Origin: a virus
Direction: 5' to 3' (one strand)
IMG/VR virus record: IMGVR_UViG_3300009093_000004
Span: 7,735 to 71,734 of that record
Length of the DNA: 64,000 bases
Position numbers and translations under genes: made by a program. Shown here one piece after another: positions 52,337 through 61,602 of the stretch. The notes beneath the pieces are model-generated. The model saw only the letters and a list, made by a program, of their open reading frames with translations, was not told the DNA's origin and ran no database searches. The stretch's first letter is position 1. Each line of letters begins with the position of its first letter.

Positions 52337-53662
52337 TTAGAACTGGGTATTACCGAATACCAGATGCGGAGTTAGATTCGTACCCTGAGCCCAGTTGTAC
52401 TGCGAGGGGTTCACCTGCAGGTACACACGAGTCGAGCCGTTAGCGGCCGTTTGCAGCGCATAGGTACCTCGCACATCACCCGTGGCCGCAGTCGTAGGCC
52501 AGGTCAGATCTGCCTTGGTGAAGCCCGTATTGGCTGACACCTGAGCATCATTGACCGCCACGTTCATGTACGAGAACGTGTCCGCGCGAAGATTCAGCCC
52601 GACCACACCGTTGGCAGTAGCCTGAGTTCCGATATTCACGTTACCGACTAAAGAAGCCACGCCCGTCACAACCGACTTGATGGACTTGAAGGCCTTCTTA
52701 CCCACCACCGCAGTAGTGCCGTTCAGGGTGATCGTCTCGGTCATGGGGATACCGTAGACATCCCATCCCGAAGTAGTCAGCGTCACCGTGGTATCACCCG
52801 CGTTGGTGCTGACATAGGAGAGGACACGAGACAGACCCTGGCGAGGATCGAACAGGATGGTTGCTCCGTCCTGCTGATACGGCCAGTACGCGATCCCCGG
52901 AGTAGGTCCGTACAGGTTAGCGTTGCCGATTCCACCGTTAGTTACGGCAGACTGGGCAGCGTTGGCGACATACAGGTAGTGGTTAACATAGTCGATCGCC
53001 AGAACCTGAGTGATCAGAGGAGCCGTGCCCCCCGCGTTGCCCGCATTCGCCACGATAATGTACTGGCCGGGAGAGAACATCAGCTCCGGTTGCACATGGT
53101 TCGTGGTCTGCAGCTGGACGATCTGGTTCTTGTTGACCGTCTGGCCGGCATACTGCACCGGCACCACACCGTAGCCAGGACCCTGAGTCGTAGACAGGGT
53201 GACTGTGGTCGAGGTGAACGTCGTTCCGGCCACCATGCCGAAATCCAACGTCAACGGAGCGACGGTGACCGTTGATGCCTGAATTCCTGGCGGGGTGTAG
53301 AACCGATTTCCGTAGACATCGGTCGTCAGGACCCAAGGAGCGAGCGGCACGTTGGCTACGGCCGATTGGACCGTTCCAGATGCCAGAGTCAAAGAAGTAC
53401 CGGCCGTGGCCGAGGCGCCTTGAGCCGCCACTACGTTGTTCGTAGCGGAAGCAGTCGGGAAGCCGTCCACCGTGCAGATATAGTCGCTCGCGTTCAGCGC
53501 ATAGATGCGGTTGGGGAAGGCCCCCTGCGTCATGGCAAAACGATCGTCCGTGACGGCCGTGCCGTCCATGAAGGCACTTGGACCGGCCTCGAAGTCTCGG
53601 TTCTGGATCGGACTCTGGTTCCCGATCGTAGCGATCGGTCCAGGAACTACGGAAAGAGCCAT
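52337..53662 (-). CDS. virion structural (head decoration-like) protein
   Basis: SGWDVYGIPMTE...GKKAFKSI...TGDVRGTY motifs; follows MCP. Confidence 0.7.
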   Translation of the reverse strand: MALSVVPGPIATIGNQSPIQNRDFEAGPSAFMDGTAVTDDRFAMTQGAFPNRIYALNASDYICTVDGFPTASATNNVVAAQGASATAGTSLTLASGTVQSAVANVPLAPWVLTTDVYGNRFYTPPGIQASTVTVAPLTLDFGMVAGTTFTSTTVTLSTTQGPGYGVVPVQYAGQTVNKNQIVQLQTTNHVQPELMFSPGQYIIVANAGNAGGTAPLITQVLAIDYVNHYLYVANAAQSAVTNGGIGNANLYGPTPGIAYWPYQQDGATILFDPRQGLSRVLSYVSTNAGDTTVTLTTSGWDVYGIPMTETITLNGTTAVVGKKAFKSIKSVVTGVASLVGNVNIGTQATANGVVGLNLRADTFSYMNVAVNDAQVSANTGFTKADLTWPTTAATGDVRGTYALQTAANGSTRVYLQVNPSQYNWAQGTNLTPHLVFGNTQF

Positions 53663-53674
53663 TCGGGTCTCCTA

Positions 53675-54604
53675 TTACAGGCCCGGCGTGCCCCAAAGCG
53701 CGCGCGGATCAGTCCAAGAGTGCGGCGCATAGCGCTCACCCAACTTGTACCGGGCGGAATCAGTCTCGAAGTCGCCCTCCATGGAGCGCTCCACACCTCG
53801 GCGCCGGACCATCTGCAGGCCCATCTTGACGCTCTCCTTGCTCGCCAGGATGAACCAGGCCGAGTTGGAGGTGAGACGCGCCAGGTTGGCCTGGCCGCCC
53901 TTGAGTAGGCCCATGGCCGGGACCGGGTTGATGTCGTTCACTATCGCTCCAGTGCGCAGGACGCTCTTCAAGAGCACCTCACCCTGGAGTAGGTTGGATG
54001 GGCTTAGGACCAGCTTATAGGGCTCCACGCGGATCTTGCGGCCCGTGGAATCCACCGCGCTTCGCATTTGAATGAGCAACTGCTCAAGCGAAGTCTGGGA
54101 AAGAGCCGCCGCAGAGCTGAGCTGGTTCGAGAATGTCAAACCGCCGTAGATCGGATGCGAGGGATTCACCAGCGAGACGCCGTCCCCACCAACATAGGCG
54201 GAGTTGAAGGCGCGGTTGATGGTGTTGGCACCCAGAAGCTCCTGAGTCTCGATCAGGGACTGGGTCGCGTGCTCCGCGAAGATCTTGCCGATTCGGATGT
54301 GGTCGCCGTCCTCAGCCAGGACCTTGGTGATGGCGAAGGCCATACCGTAGACCTTGTAGACGTAGCGCTGAATGAACAGCGTGCCGCCCTGCTGGTAGAC
54401 GTACGGCTGACCGTCCGGGACTTCCGGGGCCGCCGTGAAGCCAAACAGCATCGGCTCCTCGTGGTAGGCGCGGGCAGTACCCTTCACTTCCGTGAAGACT
54501 TCCTCCCACTCGTTCTTACGCTGGAGCATGACACCGTCATGGACCTTATTCAGGATCGGCTCGACAACCGCCTTAAGGTCTGAACTCCGAATTGGTGCGG
54601 CCAT
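53675..54604 (-). CDS. major capsid protein
   Basis: 309 aa; GGDGVSL...HP, AWF, EGDFETDSARYK..ERY...WTDPRALWGTPG. Confidence 0.9.
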   Translation of the reverse strand: MAAPIRSSDLKAVVEPILNKVHDGVMLQRKNEWEEVFTEVKGTARAYHEEPMLFGFTAAPEVPDGQPYVYQQGGTLFIQRYVYKVYGMAFAITKVLAEDGDHIRIGKIFAEHATQSLIETQELLGANTINRAFNSAYVGGDGVSLVNPSHPIYGGLTFSNQLSSAAALSQTSLEQLLIQMRSAVDSTGRKIRVEPYKLVLSPSNLLQGEVLLKSVLRTGAIVNDINPVPAMGLLKGGQANLARLTSNSAWFILASKESVKMGLQMVRRRGVERSMEGDFETDSARYKLGERYAPHSWTDPRALWGTPGL

Positions 54605-54619
54605 TTAGAACTACTCCGA

Positions 54620-55399
54620 TTAGATAGCGACGAAGGAGGCGCCGACCTGACGGAAGGCGATCTTCACGTAGAGATCCGGGAAAGCATCCGAGACGTTGCC
54701 AACCGGGCTGGAGGTGTCAGGAGCCTGGACCACCATGAGCTGGCCCTGGTTACCGGCAGTAGCGATCAAGCTAACCGCCAGTCGCTGCGCGCTCTGGCCG
54801 ACCGGGACCGCGTTACCGGCAGGGTTACCACCCACACCAAGGTCAGCGGCGTTCAGGTTGAACTGCAGACCGGTCAGAGCAGGGAAGGCCGCCGTGGTGA
54901 GGCCCGAGATAGTGGATACCGCAGCATCCGCCTGGATCTGATACACGTTCTCCGGGTCATCCCAGACATAGGCGATGGTGTACGTGCCGGGATAGGTCTG
55001 CAGGCCCGAAGTCCAGAACTTCGAGTATTGCCGGCGACCGTTGATATCGGTGTACTCCACACCGGCGAACGAACCCAGGAGCTTGCAGAAGCCGTTACCG
55101 GCCGCCGATCCTGAGTTGGTGCCGCTAGCCGTCATCTGGGCGGGCAGAAGGACCAACTGGTTGGTCGCGACAGTCGCGCCTACCGCAACCGAAACCGCCG
55201 TACCAGCAGTGCCGCCTGCCTGGAAGGTCGGAACGCTCACAGTAGTGGAGTTGGCACCACGTGCCAGCATCACGGGGGAGCCGTAATAAATGGCCGGAGT
55301 CTGACCTGACAGCAGGACGTTCTCGTACTGGTTCGAACGCGCCTGACCGCTCGGGTGCCACCGCGCCAGCAAGCCATATGGAGTCTGCGTAAGTGCCAT
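54620..55399 (-). CDS. capsid-associated protein
   Basis: PYGL...G.FAGVEYTD...YVWDDP..VYQIQAD; precedes MCP. Confidence 0.7.
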   Translation of the reverse strand: MALTQTPYGLLARWHPSGQARSNQYENVLLSGQTPAIYYGSPVMLARGANSTTVSVPTFQAGGTAGTAVSVAVGATVATNQLVLLPAQMTASGTNSGSAAGNGFCKLLGSFAGVEYTDINGRRQYSKFWTSGLQTYPGTYTIAYVWDDPENVYQIQADAAVSTISGLTTAAFPALTGLQFNLNAADLGVGGNPAGNAVPVGQSAQRLAVSLIATAGNQGQLMVVQAPDTSSPVGNVSDAFPDLYVKIAFRQVGASFVAI

Positions 55400-55405
55400 G
55401 TCTCG

Positions 55406-55978
55406 TTACTCGGTGAAGGTAGGTTCGCGGCGCTGCCGCGCGTTGAGGAAATCTGCAGTTCCGTCGCCCAGGTACACGTCAGCACCGCCTTCTCGTGCCA
55501 TCTCTTTCACGTACCTGGCGGTGTCTCGGACACGCTCCTCTTGCTCATACGGACGCTCGTGGTGCGCGACCTTCATATAGGCCTGGTAGAGATCGCTTGG
55601 CAGCTTGAAGAGCACCATCTCCTTGTGACCGATGCAGCCAGCGAACTGGCCCTGGTCGATCGTGATGTGCTGTAGGCCGGGCATCTCTTCGGGAGTCACG
55701 CGCTCGTAGCCCATGGCCTCACGGTGCGCGATCGGGTCATACTGATTGGTGGTCGAAAGCCAGCAACAGTGGTACCCCGGAATCTCCGGGGGTTGAGGAA
55801 GAACGTTGTTGAACATCTCGGTGCGGAACCGCGCGATCATCTCGGCCTTGGATAGCCCGCGTTCATCCGAATGAGGCTTGCGCTGGTCGGCTGCCTTGGT
55901 GTTCTCGTACTTCTCGGCGGTGCGCCCCGAGCGCTCACGCTCGATCAGGATTTCACTGGCGTCAGTGTTCTTGGCCAT
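55406..55978 (-). CDS. conserved head-morphogenesis protein
   Basis: LPQPPEIPGYHCCW...GYE.V motif; start moved to MAKNTD. Confidence 0.7.
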   Translation of the reverse strand: MAKNTDASEILIERERSGRTAEKYENTKAADQRKPHSDERGLSKAEMIARFRTEMFNNVLPQPPEIPGYHCCWLSTTNQYDPIAHREAMGYERVTPEEMPGLQHITIDQGQFAGCIGHKEMVLFKLPSDLYQAYMKVAHHERPYEQEERVRDTARYVKEMAREGGADVYLGDGTADFLNARQRREPTFTE

Positions 55979-55979
55979 C

Positions 55980-57149
55980 TCAGTTGACTCCGTTGTCACG
56001 ATCGTGTTGATCGAAGTACTTGATGTACTCCGCTTGCTCTTTCTTATCGGCGGCGGACAGGCCAGGACCCCACAAACCAAGGTCACGTAGAGCCTGAACT
56101 CGCTCGGCAGAAAGTCGCTTCGTGGTTGCACCCGCATTCGCTTGCCGGCCGGAGCCGGCGACAGCAGGACCCTTAGCAACGCGCTTTTCAGCCTGTGGAG
56201 CTGCTTTTTGCGTTGGGGCCTGTCGTTGCTGAGTTTGCTGAACCGTCGTGTCCAATTCGTCTTCCAGATCGCCTCCCTCACCTTCGCCAAACAGATGTGG
56301 GAGGGCGGCACGTCCACGTCTGTCTAGTTCTGACCAGTACTCAGGTTCGCTTGCGTGGAACCGCCCCTCGGCTTGCATCGCGAGATCAATCGCGTGGAGG
56401 ACTGCGGTCTCGCGGTTTGCCGGTCCCTCCTGGGAGAATTTCAGCCAGGGCTTATCGGCGCTGAAGCGAGCTGCGAGTTGGTTGATTTCAGCCTGCCCAG
56501 GAAGGGGCTGCTGCTTGGGTCGCTGGGGCTGGGAAGCCCGCTGGGTGATCGCCTGCTGGAGGCGGTCTTTCTCCGTCTTTAAGACGGAAGCCCTGGAGAG
56601 GGCTTGTTCTCGAATTAACCTTGCCTGTCGGAGAGCCTCGCTGTCGCCCTGCGTGAGGGCTTGAGACTCAAGCGATAGAGCTTGGTCAGCATCATTCTGG
56701 TATTCGGTAAGGCGTCCGTCAATAGTTAGGAGCCTCGTCTCCAGAGCAGATCCCTCCAGAGCAGCCAACCGCTGCATGATCTCGAAGTTCTGCTGGAGGG
56801 CGAAATCCCTCTCTTCACGAAGTCGGCGGGCGGCCCTACGATACTGGTCCTGCCGTTGCTTACGGGACTTCTTGCCGTCATGACGCTGATGTTCACCGGT
56901 TCCCTTGCCCTCGGGATCCTGGCCTTGATCATCTATCTCGGCCTCGCCACCTTCCGCAAGCCGTACTTCCTCGACTGGCTGACGGGCGCCTTCATCTTTG
57001 TCAGCGGCTCCTTCTGCCTTCTTTCCACCGCCACCATCCTCACTGCCATCTTCAAGGCCTTGGTGACCCTCTTCTCCTAGCTGGCTCTCCATCTCCAGCT
57101 CATCGTCATCGCCAGCCCCAATGTGGGCGGCGGCTCGTGCAGTTGCCAT
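55980..57149 (-). CDS. scaffolding-like protein
   Basis: Acidic N-terminus, coiled coil, KPW...EYWSELDRR. Confidence 0.7.
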   Translation of the reverse strand: MATARAAAHIGAGDDDELEMESQLGEEGHQGLEDGSEDGGGGKKAEGAADKDEGARQPVEEVRLAEGGEAEIDDQGQDPEGKGTGEHQRHDGKKSRKQRQDQYRRAARRLREERDFALQQNFEIMQRLAALEGSALETRLLTIDGRLTEYQNDADQALSLESQALTQGDSEALRQARLIREQALSRASVLKTEKDRLQQAITQRASQPQRPKQQPLPGQAEINQLAARFSADKPWLKFSQEGPANRETAVLHAIDLAMQAEGRFHASEPEYWSELDRRGRAALPHLFGEGEGGDLEDELDTTVQQTQQRQAPTQKAAPQAEKRVAKGPAVAGSGRQANAGATTKRLSAERVQALRDLGLWGPGLSAADKKEQAEYIKYFDQHDRDNGVN

Positions 57150-57222
57150 GACTCATACCCGTGGTTGATAATGTTGCTGCGCGAGCGAACTCTCAAACCG
57201 ACCGGGAGTTAGCAACCAGGCC

Positions 57223-57257
57223 CAGGCCCCTCTTCCCCGAGGGGCCTGTTCTTTTTT
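57223..57257 (+). terminator. intrinsic terminator-like hairpin antisense to the late operon
   Basis: CAGGCCCCTC/GAGGGGCCTG followed by TTCTTTTTT. Confidence 0.6.
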
Positions 57258-57595
57258 CAGTCCATCAACCATTCCCCTTCCGGGGTGTTTTCTCTCTTGG
57301 CCTTCAAGGACTCTTTGAGAACCCTGGCCATCAGGATGAGATTCTCCAAGTTCGCCTCCTCAGCCTGAGAGTCCTGAACAATGTCCGGGAAAGCGCCACG
57401 CAGATGAACAGAGCCCTCTTGGAATAGTTTGGCGAATTGTAGGAACTGTCTACGGATCTCAGAAATGCTGAGGCCATCCACCTGGCTCGAATAGGAAGGA
57501 TTCCCGCCAGTGAATAGCCTTACCTTGGATCCATTGCCATTCACTGCATGAGTCGCATCAATTTGCGCTCTCTTTAACGGTCCTACGATGCTCAT
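57257..57595 (-). CDS. hypothetical protein
   Basis: ORF track; coupled. Confidence 0.55.
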   Translation of the reverse strand: MSIVGPLKRAQIDATHAVNGNGSKVRLFTGGNPSYSSQVDGLSISEIRRQFLQFAKLFQEGSVHLRGAFPDIVQDSQAEEANLENLILMARVLKESLKAKRENTPEGEWLMD

Positions 57596-58026
57596 AGATA
57601 ACTGGTGATCGCTAGCGCTACGCTCGCATCCTCGATCTTGCAGATCTGCTGTAGGTGATCGAACACCACGAAAACGATCTCCTCCTCTTCGTTCAGCTTC
57701 ACCGAGAAGCGGTTGCCGCCGAACCGAGGGATCTGTAGGTAGTCACCGACTTGGAAGGACGGGCCCTCGGGCCAGGGGCGACCATCCGCGTAGTGGAAGG
57801 CATGGGGGCTAATAGCCACCACCTTGCCAACCGTACACAGCTGAACCTCTGACTCCTTGGCAGACTGGGTCAGGAAGATTCCGCCTTTGGTTTTGGCCAT
57901 AGCCCTACGGACCTGAACAATGTAGTTGGTCAGGAGAGGGACACGTCCATGACGGACTTCCGGGAAAGCCTCTTCTACAGATCGGTAGTCGTAGGAGATG
58001 GCGTGGGCAAGATTGACGCCTGACAT
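57592..58026 (-). CDS. groES: GroES-like co-chaperonin
   Basis: KTKGGIFL...GKVVAI...VGD....RFGG. Confidence 0.85.
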   Translation of the reverse strand: MSGVNLAHAISYDYRSVEEAFPEVRHGRVPLLTNYIVQVRRAMAKTKGGIFLTQSAKESEVQLCTVGKVVAISPHAFHYADGRPWPEGPSFQVGDYLQIPRFGGNRFSVKLNEEEEIVFVVFDHLQQICKIEDASVALAITSYL

Positions 58027-58223
58027 TATTTGAATTCCTCTTCTTCGTTCTCCGCCAGGAGAACATCACGAACGATCTTCAGGGCCTCATTGAGGCCAAC
58101 GTACTTTCCCTGGCAGTACCCGAATAGGTATTCCGGGGGCAGGTCCATAGAGGGCCGCCGGGAGGCGCATTGAAGCTTCGCCTCCTCGATGGCCTTATGA
58201 AGTTGGTCGATCAGCTGCTTCAA
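58026..58223 (-). CDS. conserved small protein next to the portal
   Basis: YLFGYCQGKYVGLNEAL. Confidence 0.65.
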   Translation of the reverse strand: MKQLIDQLHKAIEEAKLQCASRRPSMDLPPEYLFGYCQGKYVGLNEALKIVRDVLLAENEEEEFK

Positions 58224-58498
58224 GTGAAGAGCTTCTCCAGCTGTTCAGTCTTAGCAGCCTGCCCTTTCTGGTAGGGCATCCACTCGCAGAAACGGCCTTG
58301 AGGTTTTTCATCGCCGTCCTGAACGAGAGTCACACTGGTACGCGAATAGGGCACTCCGTTGGCGTCGAATACGACCAGATTCACCATCCGGTCTGTCCAG
58401 ACGTGGGCGATCAGAGCTGCGTGGGGCTGAGTCTGCTCAGGGATAGTGCCGGAGACATCCCAGTACCAGACCACTCTACCTACCGTGGGTTGAATCAT
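58220..58498 (-). CDS. conserved phage protein (PTVGRVVWY...AALI..V...VNL.VF)
   Basis: ORF track. Confidence 0.7.
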   Translation of the reverse strand: MIQPTVGRVVWYWDVSGTIPEQTQPHAALIAHVWTDRMVNLVVFDANGVPYSRTSVTLVQDGDEKPQGRFCEWMPYQKGQAAKTEQLEKLFT

Positions 58499-58644
58499 TT
58501 TCCTCTCCCGCTTCGCGGCTTCATGCTCTTTGGGAGCGTGGAGCCCTTATGTTGGGAATACGGCTTCCCTGTGGTCGCCAGCTTGTAGCGCTGAGGGACC
58601 TTCTCGTTCGGAATGCCCTTGTTTGCCTTGGGAACATCAGCCAT
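58495..58644 (-). CDS. small basic protein
   Basis: Hand-translated MADVPKANKGIPNEKVPQRYKLATTGK...; AGGAG RBS. Confidence 0.6.
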   Translation of the reverse strand: MADVPKANKGIPNEKVPQRYKLATTGKPYSQHKGSTLPKSMKPRSGRGK

Positions 58645-61456
58645 TGGAATCTCCTGATTGTTGAGCCGCCTTTGCTTGGGCGGAAATCTGCTGTTGCTTC
58701 AAATCGTTCGCGTCTTTGGCCTGCTCTTGCTGAAGTTCGGCCTTCTGCTGCTCCATAGCTATGGAGTCCTGATGCTCTTGATGACGCATCTGGTGATCCA
58801 TGTGCATGGAGTGCTGCTCGTTGGCCTGACGCTGCCCCTCTATCTGCATCTCGTTGTTGATGCGCTGACCTTCGAGGTGCATGTCGGCCTGTAGCTGCTG
58901 CTGGGTCTGTTGAGCCTTGGCCGCTTCCTTCATCTGAGTGCGCGCAGTCTCGGCCTGCTCGTGCTCGCGGGCAATCGCCAGCTTCGTCTGCTGATTCCCC
59001 TGGCTGTCCTGCTGTTTGACGGTGTTGGCCTGCTGGCGGTCCTGGTGCTCCAGTTTCGCCTGCTCGCCTTTCTGCTGAGCGGCCATCATCTGGGCGTGGC
59101 CAGGATCCATCATCGGAGGAGGCATCATCTGCTGGATGGCCTGCTGCAACTGACCGATGACCTGAACCGCCCTCTGGAGGGTCTGGTTCTGCATGGCCTG
59201 CTGCATGACGATCGCGGAAGTCTTAGCCAGCATCTGGTCGTACAGCTGACTGATCTGCGGATCGTGCTGGGTACTTTGCGGCAGCTCTCCTATGTCAACC
59301 TTTTCGGCGTCCGGGTCCAACTGTTTAGCGACCTGGCTAGCCTGCTCCGACGCGATCTCATGCACCTTGGTGGCGTACCAGAAGATGATGTGCTCCTTTA
59401 GGTTCTGCATGAGGCCCTGCATCGCCTGGAGGTTTCCGCCGATGACCGTCTGGAAGAACTGATTCTCGTAGTAGTCGCAGTGGGTGTTGATGTGAGCCTC
59501 GTGATCCTGCTGGGGGAAGGCCACGATCGGGCGTCCGAGGCACAGAGCTACGTTCTCATTCACCGGGTTCAGCTGCTGCGGCTCTAGCTTCTGAACGAGG
59601 AGATCCTTCCCATCGTTCGGGAGCTTCATCTGCTTGAGAATCAGCTCCTCCACCTTGCGCATGTCGTAGATGCCGGCGCCGCCTGGGGTCACCGCCAGCT
59701 GTAGCGCCCGCTGGGCCACGGTCTGAATCTGACCGTACCGCTGCACCTCGCAGAAGATATTCGGGTCCGAGACCGGGATCACATCATGAGGACCCTCGAA
59801 GTCCTTTTGCGTGACCAGCTGCTCACCGAGCAGCTCCACGACGACCTTGTCATCGAGCCAGGTCTTGTTGATGCGGTGAAGGATCTTTAGGAGCCGGTCC
59901 ATGGCGTTGTGCATGCGTCCATGGATCGCGGAGAAGGCCACCATGCCCTGCTCGATACGAGCCAGAGTGGTTCCTACCGGGACATCCCCATTCGCCTGGG
60001 CTTCCTCGATGGTGGTGCGGATGACATCTTCCGCCTGTTCTCCGAGGAGACCGAGGAGGTTGAGCAGCACCGGGGACGGGGGCGAGAACGGCACCGGCAT
60101 GATCAGCTTACGGATGTCGTCCTGATCGCCGGTTCCTTCGATCTCGGTCACCTCGGTGGGGCTGATCCGGATGTTCTGGCCAGTGCCAGCCGCTCCCTTG
60201 ATCTTGATCATGCCCGCCAGGTTGTTGATATGGGCGGAGTCCAAGAGGGCGCGCAGGGCGCCGGTGGCGGCGATCGACAGTCCGCCAATGATGTGGTGCA
60301 GTCCTAGCGCATAGGCACCACGGAACGGGATGAAGGGGAACTCTGCAACCCAGTCGAGTCTCTTGCAGAAGAAATCCTTTTCCTCCCAGTTACGGTAGAT
60401 CGACAGCACCTCCTTGGTGGTCATGTCGATCGAGATGAGATAAGGCATCGGCCCTACTTCGTTGGCCTCGTCATCAGCCTTCTCGATGGTCTCTCCCGAT
60501 TCCTCCGAGTCCTCCTGCAACCTCTCGGTATGCGATCCCTTCTTGTCCGGGTCGCGGATCTCGAAGAAGCAGTCGCACTCGTAGACCATCCGCAGGCCAT
60601 CCGGGTTGGACTGGTCGCTCTCTTTGCCCTCTACCTTGGAGATGACCTGCTGGGTCTCAGTCTCTTCTGGCTGTACCGGAGATCCCATGTTCGGGATCGT
60701 GCGATACATCTTGGTGCGGATACGACGGTCGAATTCCTGGGCCGTCATCCTTTGAACATGGGTGCGCCGCTCAGCCGAATAGTAGTTGGTGGCCGCGTAG
60801 GGGAGGATCATGTCGTCAATGGGGATCCACTCGTGATCCACATTACGGATATCCCCGTCAGGGCCTGGAGGAATGAGCTTCATGTACTCGTTGCCATCCA
60901 TGATGAGATTTATGAACAGCTGCTCACTCTCGTGCCGGAAGTTGGGCATCAGCTGCGTGAGCTGATAGTTCATCCAGCGGGCTTTACGGCGCGAACGGTC
61001 AAGACCGTCAGTCGAGACCGAACCCGCCATATATTCACGCACGGGCCCGCCCGGCGGGAACAACTCTTTGATGGTGCGGGCTTCGAAGTCGATCGAGGCC
61101 TTGATGTACATCGGATGCGTGACATGGGAGGCTCCCGAGAAGTTAGCCCCGCCGATGGTCTCCTTTTCGAGACCCATGCGCTTCTTACCCTCGGCTACCT
61201 GCTCATCGCGTCGCTTGCGATCCTGGATGTCCTTATCGATCAATTCCAGGAGGGAAGTGGCGATGGTCTGGCGCTCGCCCTCGGAGAGTTCTAGAGCGAG
61301 GTTTCGGTAGAAGGCCTTTGATTGCTCAGACTCTCCGCTTTTCTTCTCTACGATGTTGGCGGATCCGTCAGCATTCTCCGTGATCTCGTAGTCGGACTGG
61401 CCAGAGTTTGACTGCCCCACCATTCCAGAGAGGCTCTGGTCGTTCTGATCAGCCAT
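58637..61456 (-). CDS. portal protein with long Gln-rich C-terminal barrel
   Basis: FYRNLA, GASHVTHP, ELFPPGGPV, YALGLHHIIGGL, ALLDSAH, PVGTT, PVSDPN; start moved to MADQND. Confidence 0.9.
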   Translation of the reverse strand: MADQNDQSLSGMVGQSNSGQSDYEITENADGSANIVEKKSGESEQSKAFYRNLALELSEGERQTIATSLLELIDKDIQDRKRRDEQVAEGKKRMGLEKETIGGANFSGASHVTHPMYIKASIDFEARTIKELFPPGGPVREYMAGSVSTDGLDRSRRKARWMNYQLTQLMPNFRHESEQLFINLIMDGNEYMKLIPPGPDGDIRNVDHEWIPIDDMILPYAATNYYSAERRTHVQRMTAQEFDRRIRTKMYRTIPNMGSPVQPEETETQQVISKVEGKESDQSNPDGLRMVYECDCFFEIRDPDKKGSHTERLQEDSEESGETIEKADDEANEVGPMPYLISIDMTTKEVLSIYRNWEEKDFFCKRLDWVAEFPFIPFRGAYALGLHHIIGGLSIAATGALRALLDSAHINNLAGMIKIKGAAGTGQNIRISPTEVTEIEGTGDQDDIRKLIMPVPFSPPSPVLLNLLGLLGEQAEDVIRTTIEEAQANGDVPVGTTLARIEQGMVAFSAIHGRMHNAMDRLLKILHRINKTWLDDKVVVELLGEQLVTQKDFEGPHDVIPVSDPNIFCEVQRYGQIQTVAQRALQLAVTPGGAGIYDMRKVEELILKQMKLPNDGKDLLVQKLEPQQLNPVNENVALCLGRPIVAFPQQDHEAHINTHCDYYENQFFQTVIGGNLQAMQGLMQNLKEHIIFWYATKVHEIASEQASQVAKQLDPDAEKVDIGELPQSTQHDPQISQLYDQMLAKTSAIVMQQAMQNQTLQRAVQVIGQLQQAIQQMMPPPMMDPGHAQMMAAQQKGEQAKLEHQDRQQANTVKQQDSQGNQQTKLAIAREHEQAETARTQMKEAAKAQQTQQQLQADMHLEGQRINNEMQIEGQRQANEQHSMHMDHQMRHQEHQDSIAMEQQKAELQQEQAKDANDLKQQQISAQAKAAQQSGDSNG

Positions 61457-61602
61457 GGAGGATGCTCCTGATCTCACCCTTGACCCTGTTCCAGGGTAGC
61501 CAGATGGCATATCCAAACAGGAAGCAGGTAGAACATAGCCACCAGAGGAACCATTTTTCCGACTGGAGGGCCTTATGCCCATATTTCACAAAAGTTGGAG
61601 GG

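Noticed and set aside
61457-61582. 42-aa N-terminal extension of the portal in the ORF track
   Set aside because: An AGGAG RBS precedes Met at 61456; the extension looks non-coding
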